A DNA stretch of 64,000 bases, from NCBI GenBank assembly GCA_964016885.1, contig OZ024743.1:312852001-312916000 (forward strand), written 5' to 3'. How positions within the stretch are numbered: the first letter of the stretch is position 1; the number at the start of each line of letters is the position of its first letter. The position numbers were made by a program, and so were the translations under genes. The notes beneath the pieces are model-generated. The model was not told the origin of the DNA and searched no databases. It worked only from the letters and a program-made list of their open reading frames with translations. Below, one piece after another: positions 1-11,961 of the stretch. The stretch comes from Eledone cirrhosa. Its lineage: Eukaryota.

Positions 1-1220
1 ATAACAGAGGAGTTTAAGACCGGATGCCCATGGGAATTCCTATATGTGGATGATCTCACACTTATAGCTGAATCTATGGTAGAACTAGAGAAGAAATTCC
101 AAACAAGGAAGCAGGGACTAGAAAGGTTCTCAAAATCAACCTGACAAAGACTAAGGTCCTCCTCATAAGTAGACGAGAAAACTGAACCCAGATCCCCTCA
201 GAGAAATGGCCTTGCTCAGTATGTAGGTAAGGTGTAGGTAGGAACTCCATCCTCTGCCCGAAACAATGGGTACACAAGAGATGTAGTGGGATCTCAGGGA
301 GCTAAGCTAAGAATGTAGGCTTTACATGTAGCAGCTGCACCAGGACAGTAAGCAGCAAATGGCCACAGGAAACAAGCACCACCAAACTCTGAGAGGGCTC
401 TGTAGAAACATTAGACAGCTTTTGTTACCTAGGTGACCAAATTAACAGTGGAGGTGGGTGTTCAGAAAGTAGAGTAACCAGGGTAAGAATGGGATGGAAG
501 AAGTTCAGGGAGCTACTGCCACTGTTAGCTGCAAAAGGCTTTTCCCTCAAAATGAAAGGTAGACTGTATGATGCGTGCATACGAACAATAATGTTACATG
601 GTACTGAGACCTGGGCGTTGTGTGTAGAAGACTTGTGTAGATTAGAAAGAGATGAAGCTTGCATGCTCCAATGGATGTGTAATAGTAATATATGCGAATG
701 GCAAAGCATAAACGAATTGAGAGAGTGAGCATAAGAGGAATCAAATGCTGTGTGGAGGAGAGGAGGTTCCATTGGTATGGAGATGTGATGCATATGAAGG
801 ATGACAGCTGCATAAAAAGGTGCAGAGCACTAGAGGTCGATGGAAGCCGCAGAGTGGGGAGACACAAGAAGACCTGGGATGAGGTGATAAAAGCCGACCT
901 TACCCAATTACACCTCTCAAAGGCGATGACACAGGAACATGACCTCTTGTGTCGCGAAGTAATACAGAAGACCTGACTTCCCACGGGTACAAGCCGAAGC
1001 TGAAGCATATAGACAATATGCCCCCACCCACTGCAAAAAAGCACCCAGCATTCACTGTAAATGAGGTTGGTGTTGGGAAGGGCAACCAGCTGTAGAAATC
1101 AAGCCAGAATCAATTCCCGGATGAGCAAGACAAGGTCAACCGACCAGGCACTGCCCACAACAGGACAACCCGTCTAACCCATGCTAGCGTGGAAGAACGG
1201 ACATAAAACGATGATGATGA

Positions 1221-1223
<3 letters not shown>
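1..1223 (+). mobile_element. RTE-clade LINE, degenerate 3' portion (RT C-terminus, 3'UTR, (GAT)n tail)
   Basis: Frameshifted peptides ITEEFKTGCPWEFLYVDDL, GWKKFRELLPLL...LYDACIRTIMLHGTETW and FHWYGDVMHM...KTWDEVIKADL. Clearly homologous to the 17700-18920 ORF; ends in gatgatgat. Confidence 0.9.
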
Positions 1224-1268
<45 letters not shown>

Positions 1269-2302
1269 ATTAGAAATGTAAGCTATCGCCGTATTTTGAC
1301 TAAAGTAATTAAAGAAATTATTTAGCCTGATAGTGGGGTTAAGAACTCTCGGAGAAATGGAAAAAGATGAGTATTGACGTACATGCATGTACTCATCTTT
1401 TTCCATTTCTCCAAGGGTTCTTAACCCCACTATCAGGCTAAATAATTTCTTTAATTTCTTTAATTTCTTTATTCAAAATACGGCGATAGCTTACATTTCT
1501 AATAATTTCAAACCCACATGCTGTTTCGAAAATATTCTTACATATATATATATATATTTTATATGATGAAAGCGCACCATAATTTGCTTTGGTGTCCTTG
1601 AAATATGTATAATGAAATAAATATGGTTTTATAAATATAGTTTCCATTTGTTAATATATTGTATTTTTACTCCCAAAATTTGTTGAGTGCTTTATATCAG
1701 TTATAAAAATAGTTGCTTGTTGTATCCCAACAAATTAAATATAACTTCTACACATATATATATAATCATATATGTGAGAGGTAGTGATGCTCTGACATAG
1801 CATGATATAATGTGTCGGGGGGTTGTATATTGAATCTTATACAAAATGTTTATGTAAATAAACATTTTTGTAGCCTCGTTATGAATTTCGAAAGCAGTGA
1901 TTTATTCACCACTACTTTTAGCAACCAAGGGAGAACAGCCTGAGGGCACATTTCTGATTCTTTAGCTGTCATCAAAGAGGCTTACTCCTCTTGGATGCTG
2001 AAATAAGCTGCCTCTCATTAATTAGAGCCTGTCATATATATATAAATATATACACACACTCATATATATATATATATACACACTCACATACATACATATA
2101 CACACACACACATAAATATGGGTATATACATAGGTGTAAATGTGTTCAGTGGTGTACAGTGTAATATATTGATAAAGTAATGAAATACTATTTACCCCTT
2201 GAATTTAAAAAAAATATAATAATAAAACACTGTTTATAACTTGAATCTAGCACTTTTGTCCTTCATGGGAATTATCATGATATAAAGTTTGTTATTATAA
2301 AA

Positions 2303-2550
2303 TGTATATGTGTGTGTCTGTGTGAATGTGTATGCATGTGAGTGAGTGTGTGAGTATGCATGAGTAAGTGTGTGACAGTGTGGGTGTGTGTTCATGTGAG
2401 TGTATATGCATGTGTGAACGTGTGTCTGTGTGAGCATGTGTGTGTGTGTTAGTGAGTATATATGTAGGTGTGAGTACGTGTGTGAGTGTGAGTGTATGTG
2501 TATGTGTGAGTGAGTGCGTGCGTGCGTGTGAGAGTGTATGTGTGCGTGTG
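2303..2550. repeat. Degenerate (GT)n microsatellite
   Basis: Direct reading of the sequence. Confidence 0.9.
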
Positions 2551-3172
2551 CAGGAGTGTTTACATTCATGTCAGTATTTATGTTTATGTAACTTAGCAAT
2601 TCAACAAAAAGAGATTGACAAAATAAATTCAAAGTTTAATAAAAATAGGTAATGGGGTTCAATATAATGAACTATATCCATTTAAGGTAATGCCCCAGCA
2701 TGGCCATAGTCCAATGCTTGAAAGCCAGTAAAATAAAATTATGCATAGTAGATGTTAGATATAGAGAAATACTGTACATGATAGGCATGTGGCTTACAGA
2801 GTATAAATATCTGTGTCAATCAATAGATTCCACATTGAGTTCAAATAATTGAAACAGTATATTCAATATAATTGTTGACATTTTCTGTTAGTTGTTCAAA
2901 TATGTACCATCTGAATATTTTTCAATCACAAGACTGTTTATTTATTAGCTTAGCTGTGGAGATAATGTCTTAAGTGATCTCAAAGGTGTCTTATTTTTTG
3001 TGAAGCAGTTTTTGTAAAGAGCCTCTAATAGCTTTTCTTATTGTTGTAGATTTACATGACTTCAAAAGAAATGTTAGCCAATGGCTTTTAACTCTTAACT
3101 TCCTGTACCACATGAAACGGCATTAGCAAAACATTCTTTAAAAGTATAAAACAGCATTATGAATGCATTACA

Positions 3173-3391
3173 TTAACCCTTTAGTTACCAACCCGGCCAA
3201 AACCAGCTCTGGGTCTATGAAATAATTCACCCATTTTAAAGGTTTCCAATTAAAATCTTCCAACATAATTTTGTATAAGAACTTTACATTAAGGAAATAA
3301 CTAATCATTTTAGTAAATCCCTCAAAATTCTTCATTAATTAATTGAAATAGTGTGTATTTCATATTAGAAATGAAGTCCTGAAAGGGTTAA
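3173..3391. mobile_element. piggyBac-type MITE
   Basis: TTAA-CCCTTT...AAAGGG-TTAA; second copy at 11728-11961. Confidence 0.75.
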
Positions 3392-5742
3392 AACTAAATT
3401 CTTTACTCTAATACTAAATTTTTACAACAATTTGTCCACTAGTAAAGATACCATAAAATTTGAATTAATAAACCTGGTTTCTAGATATTTTCTACTGAAT
3501 TACTACATGTTAAAAATTAAGTGTATGAAGTAAAATAATCACAGACTTTTCCCCTTTAACTCTTTTGGTACCAATTTGCCTAAGACTGCCTTGGTTTTAT
3601 GACAACAATTCTTAATTCAAAGTACAGTAGAACGAACATCTTTCATCATGAACAAATCAGTTCATGAACTATTTTTCCAAACATAAAACATGTTGGGTGA
3701 TAAACAGTATCTCAAGTAACAAACACACAAGCCGGCAACAAGGGTTGGTGAAAAGCTGGGAGTATTGATGGGAAAGCATTGCTTGCCTTGTAGTTAGTTA
3801 CTATGATGATATATATCTGTCTTTCACACACAGTCTCTCTCTCACTATATTTCTCTCTCAACATTTCATATGGGGAAAATAGTTTCAGTTTACCAACATT
3901 TCAGGTGATAAAGGGCCTTCAGGAACAAATTATATTCATGAACCAAGGTTCCACTATATTCATATTTAAATTAAAACATCTCATCATAATTTTATGTAAG
4001 AAATATCATAGAAACATCTGTTAAGTTTTATTCCTCACATGCAAGGAAGACAAGGGGCAAAGTTGCGAAGAAACCTCAAGAAACGGAATCTCAAAGTAGA
4101 TAAACACACACATTGACTAGTGACTTGCCATATTTGAAAGGATCCACTCACTAGTACAAGTACTGAGAAACTAAAAGTATATGTGTTGAGATATCAAAGA
4201 CAGTAGTGGAGAAGACAACCACTTTAGTGTTGGTGTCATGATAAAATAAACCAAGTACTCCCTGTTGGCTATTAAACGTAGACAGTATAGGAAAGAGAGG
4301 ACTCTTTAGTTTTGTTGTTGTTTTGACAATCTCTCTAGTGTTATTGCCAAAGTAAAATGCACCCAGTACACTCTGTAAAATGGTTGGTGATTGAACAGAG
4401 ACAATATAAAGTAGTCAGTCTTCCCAATTACATGACAACCTCTCAAATGCTGATACCCCAATAGAATGCACTTAGTAGATTGTTAGTTTTAGAAACATTG
4501 TTTTGACACCAAAGTGATTATATTCAACTAGGTAAAAAAACGTCAGATAATTGTCAAATTTAAAAGGTCTCTTTTACTTCTGAGAATATCAGAAAATTAT
4601 TGTTGGCAATCAACTATAATGCCACTGGGTCTGTTCAATATTATTTGTTATTGCTTTTCTATTTCTGTTTAATTCAACAATATTCTTTTGGTGGGGTGAG
4701 AGTAGGGTGCAGTGTAATGGAATGTCATTACTGACTTTTTTATGATACATTATCATTGTTAATAAAATGTTGTAGTTTGCTTGAAGCACAAAAGTTCCTT
4801 ATACTCTGAAGAAGGGAATTTTGAGTCCCAAAATATAAGGATGAAAGAAACAACAGCAACAACAAAAAATAAAAAAACAAAGATTACCAGGTAACTTACT
4901 ATTTCATTACCTTTATCTTACAGTCCATTTTGCATTGTTTAGCCTTATATCTCTTTCCACATTATTATCATTGTTGTTTTAATCTTCGGTTTTCCTGCTA
5001 GCAGGGGTTGGCTGGGTCTACATAGATCAAGTCAGTACTGAAGCAGTGGCTACTGATCTTCCAGATAAGCCAGGGGTCTATCGTCTCACTTATGTATAGT
5101 TTCACATTCTAACAAGTACGCAGAGGAGACTGTCATATCTTTGACACAACTGAGGATCCTCCCAACCCATTGTTTAGCAAGCTTTCTATGGCTGGATGCC
5201 CTTCCTATCACCAATCACTTTACAGCATGTACTGAGTGCATTTATCGAGTAGATCACCAAACACTAGGGAAGCTGTCATGCCTTGACATGAATGAGGATA
5301 CAAGAAAAAAAGTGGATATATTTTAAAAAACTGACAGTAAAGGATTCACTTCCCAAATAGTTCCATGAAAATCTGTGAGTAAAAATATAATCCAAACTGA
5401 AAACTATTTCCTTTAAAAATTCCAGACAAAATTTATAAACAGGTGAGAGTAAATAAGTAATAACAAAAACAATAACAACAATGATAATAATTTGTTTTAA
5501 ATTTAGGTAGAAGGTTGGTAGTTTTGTGGAGAAGGGGAAAGTCGATTATAGCAACCTCAGTACTTAACTGGTACTTTATTTTATCGACTTTGAATGAATG
5601 AAAGGTAAAGTTGACCTCAGCAGGATTTGAACTCAAAACATAAAGAGCTGGGATAAATACTGCTAATCATTTGTCCAAAGCCCTTAAGACTCTACCAATC
5701 CAATGCTCTAATAATAATAATAATACAAATAATAATAATAAT

Positions 5743-6475
5743 AGGAGACCTTAAAAAAGCTACAGAAGGAATGCTAATGGCTGCACCAGAGCAAGCCCTC
5801 AGAACGAAGTGGGTGAAACACCATTTTAACAAGGAGGAGACTAGCTCACTTTGTAGGAGCTGTGGAGAAAGAGAGAGAAAACTATGGTTCACATCATATC
5901 CAAGTGTAAACACCTAGCCCAGACTCTCTATAAAGGCTGGAGCATGATATAATAGGAAAGGTGATTCACTGGCATTTATGCAAACTAACTAATTTACTAT
6001 ATTCTGAGAAGTGGTATGATCATAAGCCAGAGTCAGTGATAGAAAACGATCAAGTGAAGATGCTATGGGATTTCAGGATACAGACAAGAAATTAGAATAA
6101 AATAGGCCTGACTTGGTTGTTTTTGACAAGGGGAAAAAAAGATCATGCCTGATTGTAGATGTAGCCTTCCCCGTTGGCACAAGAGTGCAAAAAAAGAAGG
6201 ACAAAAATTACGAGGTTTTAAAATAGGAATTAAAAAGGATTTGGGACTGTCATGAGATCAAGGTTGTCCCAATTGTCATAGGAGCACTAGGTACTATTTC
6301 AAAGAGTTTTCAAGGATGGTTAAAGAACATTAGTCCAGCCCCCTTTTTTTTGGAACACTTCAAAAGGCATGCTTGCTGGGAACAGCAAGAACCCTGTGAT
6401 ATGTCCTGAATATCCGAGGCTTGATGTTCATTTGAACAAACTTTCCAGTTAAATAACATCGATGACTGAGACTCC
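5743..6475 (+). mobile_element. R4/Dong-clade non-LTR retrotransposon 3' fragment (CCHC knuckle and restriction-like endonuclease)
   Basis: GDLKKATEGMLMAAPEQALRT..CRSCG..HIISKC..HWHLC..WYDHKPESVIEND..LWDF..RPDLVV..VDVA; bounded by (TAA)n on both sides, the known Dong target. Confidence 0.85.
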
Positions 6476-6484
6476 AATAATAAC

Positions 6485-7150
6485 AATAATGTTTCTACTT
6501 TTTGCACAAGGCCAGCAATTACTCACAGGGCATTGCTGGTGCTTTATTTTATCGACCTTGAAAGGATGAAAGGCAAAGTTAACCTCAGCAAGGTCTGAAC
6601 TCAGAACATAAAGGGCCATAACTCTATGCTGCAAAGCATGGTGTATGATGCTCTACCAATACTGCCAAACCACCGCCCTTAATAATAATAATGATGATTT
6701 CTCCTATAGGCACAAGGCCAGCAATTTGGGGGGAAGGGAAAGTTGATTAAACCTACCCCAGTGCTTTATTTTAGCGACCCCATAAGGATGAAAGGCAAGC
6801 CTAATAATGATTTCTAGTATAGGCACAAGGTCAGTAATTTAGGGGGAGGGAAAAGTCGATTAAATCGACCCAGTACGTTACTGGTGCTTTATTTTATTGA
6901 CCCCGTAAGGATGAAAGGCAAAGTTAACCTCGGCGGTGTCCGACCCTCTATGGATAGTGCCAATCCACTGCCCTTCCTAATAATAATAATAATAATAACA
7001 GCAATAATGATAATAATAATTTGTTGCAAAGGCGAGCAATTTGAGGGAAGGAGAAAGTCAGTTATATCAACCCTAGTACTTAAATGGAAATTTAATTTAT
7101 TGAACCTGGAAAGATAAAAAGCAAAGTTGACCCTAGCAGAATTTTAACAC
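6485..7150 (-). mobile_element. Cluster of tRNA-derived SINEs (second family, Meta-like central domain) separated by (AAT)n
   Basis: Repeated ggcacaaggccagcaatt..tttattttatcgacccc..ggatgaaaggcaaagttaacctc..tgaactc..tgccaa.ccac; A/B boxes on the minus strand. Confidence 0.8.
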
Positions 7151-7455
7151 AGTCATAATTAAATACCTCAAGACATTATTAGGAAAATGACAGAAAAATC
7201 TCATGTACTATCTCATTTAACATTTTCTGTCTTCTGACAATGTCAAGGGGTTAAACGAGTGTTGTAATTTGATATACATTACTTCAGTATAAATATGAAG
7301 GTAACTGTGAGACATATCTAATTAACTTCTTAATGATTATATCAGCAGCATTTCCTGCAGAAACATGCAACTTCTGTCAGATGCACTCCAGTTGCAAAAT
7401 CGAACGATCTTGTCTCATGCTTTGACTTCCAATTTCACCTTCCACATGATCAAAC

Positions 7456-7489
7456 CTCCTTAAATCTATCATTGCTTGTGTGATGAGCT
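7456..7489 (-). CDS. Possible small downstream RIM exon (K-AHHTSNDRFKE)
   Basis: Pyrimidine tract then aag|A, phase-compatible with the 9297 donor. The peptide resembles the GRFKE/DRF composition of the preceding exon. Donor GAG|gtttga is weak. Confidence 0.3.
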
Positions 7490-7605
7490 CTTTCCAAGAG
7501 AAAAGTACAGGTAAGGAGCAAGCAAATCAAGAATTTAAGAAATTGGTGAGTAAAATTTGGTAGACAGAAACAGTGTGAAAGCCCATCATATATATATATA
7601 ATCAC

Positions 7606-7990
7606 CATCATCATCGTTTTACGTCCGCTTTCCCCTGCTTGCAAGGGTGGGACGGGAACTGATTCTGGCTTGATTGCTAGAGCTGGATGCCCTTCCTAAC
7701 ACGAATCTCATTTACAGTGAGTGCTGGGTGCTTTTCTTTTTCCGTGGCGCCTACACGCCCACTTTACAGTGTGGGCTGGGTACCTTTTTGCCGTGGCACC
7801 TCCACGGCCACTTTGCAGTGGAATGATAGAGACCCCAGTCCTATCATCTCATTTCTACAGCTGAGTAAACTGGAGCAATATGAAATAAAGTGTCTTGCTC
7901 AAGGAAACAACACATCACCCGGTCTGAGAATTGAACTCACAACCTTTCGATTGCAAGGCCAATGCTCTAACCACTAAGCTATGTGCCTCC
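7606..7990 (-). mobile_element. tRNA-derived SINE with CORE-like body and RTE-derived 3' tail
   Basis: Head ggaggcacaTAGCTTAGTGG..GAGTTCAATTC (Pol III A/B boxes), body ccttgagcaagacacttta, tail closely matching the RTE 3'UTR and ending (GAT)n. Confidence 0.85.
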
Positions 7991-9296
7991 ATATATAGTA
8001 ATATATAAAGCAAACTGGTCTATAAAGCAAAATGTAATGACTAAGTTCTGTTCCAGTGATTTGGCTGTTACGTGAATTATCAGTAAACAAACTCCTCACT
8101 TAACGATCAAATTTCATTCTATTGATCTATTGATCTTATTGTAAAGAAAATTGGTTGGTAAATAAGGTTCTGTTCTAATGACCTGGTCATAAAATATCTT
8201 TAGATATTGTTTCAATGTCACCCAATTGAGGATAAAGTCCATGTGAATATAAAAATTTACCAAGTATCAGTTTTAAATGAAAAGAATTATTATATATTAT
8301 TTATATGAAATGAATTATAATATATAGTTTGTAAAGCTCTAATAGAAACATTATCTTAGTAACTGTAAATTGGTTTTATTTTTGTAGAATTCTTACAAAC
8401 ATGAAAAAAAAATTAATTACTGGATGAAGAACAGATTAAACATGAGGGTTAGCTAAAAGGTACATAGGCTGACTATGAAGAAGTGATGCTATAACTGTGA
8501 AATCTTGCATACATTCATTTCAACTCTTTTTATTAATATATGCATTGTTTGTTTCCAGGGACTATGTTGAAAAGTAAACCTCATTTAGTCATTCTATGAG
8601 AGTATCTTGGTCATCCTATAAACTTTAAACTTTTCAGCCAGCCCCCATATGTAACATAAAACATTTAAATAAAAGAAATTCAAAAAGCACACAACATATA
8701 AATATGTGTACTGAAAATATTATAGCCAAAAATATAAGCAGTTATTAAGTGAAGAGTGGCTGTATATAGGTTTTTAAAATGTTGATTCTGGTATGTTTAC
8801 CCTTCTCAGGTATTGTTTCTGATAAATCAAAGATCAATTATGATTTCCTACATCAGCACAAGCTCACAAATATTATAGGTATAATATTGATTGTATTGAT
8901 ATAAATAATGGCCTAGTTCTTATCTTATTAACCCTCAATACAACAAGTCATGACCACATGATACAGTAGCAAGAAAATCTTGAAAAGTATAAAACATCAA
9001 CACTATGCAGAGATAAAGGACACAAGTTTCCCTAGTGGGTTTTACCTCAGAACATTTTATCTATAATATTATAACACTATGTACATATGTGGCATGGATG
9101 GAGGAAAGATAAAGAAGAGAGTTTCGATGGGAGGAATAATAGCAATGGTGTCAAGAAGAAGAAAGAGAGAGAGAGAGAGAGAGAGAGAAGAATGTTGAAG
9201 GGAGGAGAATAATAATGGTATGAAGCAGAAGAAAGAGAATGCCATTTACATGTGGGGAGTGGATGTATAAGTACATAAAAATAAAAAGCTACTTAC

Positions 9297-10024
9297 TTTA
9301 ATCTATCTCTTGAAGGTTCTCGAGATGAATCCCTAGGTTTTCGTTGATCTCTTTCATGGTAATGATCTCCAGTTTCTCTCCCAGAGTGATCTACACGTTT
9401 TTCATCATTAAATCTATCGGCAGAACCTTCCTTGAAACGTCCTTGATGTTTATCCCTAATTCTTTCTTCTTTTTCGTGTGATTTATCTCTGTCTGAACGT
9501 TTATCGTAACGCCTGGCTGATTCCTCCCTTGAATGTACTTTACCATCATGATGTTTTGATCCTTCAACATTTGTACCTCGAGCAGATGATCCACGTTCTA
9601 TATCTCTGCCACGGTCTTGCAACTGACCTTTTTCTCGAAGTTTCTCTTTCTCCGATACAATAGTTCCACTGGTATTGTCTGTTGGTCGATCTTTCAGATC
9701 ATTTTGCTTATTTCCTTGGACTTCAGACAATGAATACTGACGCTTTAAACCACGGTTTTGTAAACTCCCTGATCGAGAAACAGACTTTTTATCAATATTT
9801 TCTTTTTCAGAACTAGCCCCATTGTCAGTTTGTTGTTTGGCTAAAATCTTTGCTTTCTTTTCATTTGGAGGACTGACATCTGTTTTCGTAGAAGCTGTTT
9901 CACTACCAGAAGCGGTATCACCAACATCAAGAGCAACAGGTCGTGCCATACCGCCATGGTACCAAGCCCCAGTTTTAGCTAAAATTTCTTGTTTTTTGCG
10001 ACATAAATTGCATGACCATATTAC
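9297..10024 (-). CDS. RIM: RIM exon: end of zinc finger plus charged low-complexity linker
   Basis: Acceptor ttttattgacag|GTA at 10025/10024 (phase 0, joins the 35314 donor in frame) and donor AA|gtaagt at 9297/9296. Encodes VIWSCNLCRKKQEILAKTGAWYHGGMARPVALD..., matching the RIM WxCNLCRKxQEILxKxGAW motif. Confidence 0.93.
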
Positions 10025-10480
10025 CTGTCAATAAAAATGTTAAAGATATTAGAGAATATTTCTATTTCGACAGAGAATAAAATAATTATAAAAAAAATCA
10101 ATGAAACACAAAACAAGGTCAAACTAAAAATATCCATCTATGCTAAATAAATAATAATAATAATAATAGCACATAAATTGGTTTAGTATGTCATTAACAG
10201 TTAAATCCTTAACAATTAGCTCACAATGAATTTATACAGCTCTAAAAATATTATGATTCCTGCTGTGAGCTAATTGAACAAAACATAAAACCATCATCCA
10301 CTTTCATTTAATATCTATTAAAATCCATTGTATGTGTTTATATTCAATACCTGCATCCCTACCACTAATCATCATATGTAAATATTTAAAAGATATTACC
10401 CTATAATATCATGAAATAATACACAAAGATAAAAATACTCCTGCTGGTTTGCATGAACAGTGTAAACTTTTGTACTGGTG

Positions 10481-11473
10481 TTAACTCTTAACATCCTGTA
10501 TTGCATGAAATTATATTAGTAAGGCATTCTTTATAATTACAAGTCTGCACTACAACAGTATCAAGTTAAACTATATTAATAAAACATTATTTGTAAAGTA
10601 TAAAACTGCACGAGAACAGCGTCACATTAACCCTTGAACACTTAAACCGGCCGTATCCAGCCAGAATTCTGTCACCTGTTTTTGTTCAAATCGGTCATCA
10701 TCGGCTGCTTATACTTATGTTAAGGTATTGTTCTCAAAATAAATAATTGTTTATACTTTTGGCACAAGGCCAGCAATTATCCCAGTGGATTACTGGTACT
10801 TTATTTTATCGACCCCGTAAGAATGCAAGGCAAAGTTAACCTCGCCAGGATTTGGACTCAGAACGTAAAGGGGCATAACTCTATGCTGTAAAGCATACTG
10901 TCTGATGCTCTACCGATGCTGCCAATTCACCAGCCTCAATATTATGTGATATAAAGCCTTTACGTTGAAAAGACAATAGTAAATATAGAGTAATGTAAAT
11001 GCTAAAGGGTTAAGCTATATTAGTAAAACACTCTTTGTCAAGTACAAGACTCCACTGTAAATACAAGACACCACAACAGCATCACAACAAACTATATTAG
11101 TAAGACACTCTATGTAAAGTACAAGACTATAACAGCATCATGTTAAACACTGAAGTATTTGCTTTAAAAGTTTTTACTGAGTGTCTGTGTTTGTATTTAT
11201 GTTATGTAACTTAAGAGTTCAACAAAAAGATATCAATAAGATAAATACCAGACTTGAAAAAATGTAATTACAAGGGTCAAATATGATTAACTCTAAGGTG
11301 GTGCCCAAGCATGATTGTAGCATAATGAATGAAAACAGCAAAAGAATAAAATAATAATACTACAAATTTTCATAATGATCTGAGCAATTGTAAAGATGCT
11401 ATAAACATGTGAATGAATAAAACTGATGTTTTAACTATTTTCTATGAAATCATTACAGGATGTTAAGAGTTAA
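10481..11473. mobile_element. TTAA-flanked piggyBac-type MITE containing a nested MITE (10627-11013) that itself contains a SINE (~10745-10940)
   Basis: Outer TIR ttaactcttaacatcctgta / tacaggatgttaagagttaa; inner ttaaccctt / aagggttaa. Confidence 0.75.
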
Positions 11474-11727
11474 AACAGAATAAACATCTGCTGGGCTGCC
11501 TCATTTTCTTTACACCAAATGAAGAAAGATGTGAATTCAAAATAAAGTAATGTCTGTGCAAAGGAGTCTTCTTGACAGGAGGATGAGTTCATAAGTAATT
11601 CTTTTTTTAGAGTGTCTTTATGCATAACAAGATTTCTGTTTCTACCTTAGTATACATATTAACACCATGGTAACTCTTGATGGAGTTGTAGGGTTGCTGT
11701 AATGGCATACAGAGTTTCTTGAACATT

Positions 11728-11961
11728 TTAACCCTTTAGTTACCAACCTAATCAAAACCGGCTCTGGGTCTATGAAATAAAAGACCCATTTTAAAGGTTT
11801 CCCATTTAAATTAAAATCGCCCAACATAATTTTGTATAATTACATTAATTTACTATCTTAGTAATGAAATAATTAATAATTTTAGTAAATCCCTCAAACT
11901 TTTTCATTAATTAATTAAAATTGAGTGTATTTTACTTGAAATGTAGTCATGAAAGGGTTAA
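11728..11961. mobile_element. piggyBac-type MITE
   Basis: TTAA-CCCTTT...AAAGGG-TTAA; homologous to 3173-3391. Confidence 0.75.

Noticed and set aside
7915-7990. tRNA gene
   Set aside because: A and B boxes are present but run straight into a SINE body and RTE tail, and the sequence is multi-copy in the window, so it is a SINE head.
9293-9949. Stand-alone 218-aa gene
   Set aside because: It is the interior of the RIM exon; the apparent stop is part of the gtaagt donor.
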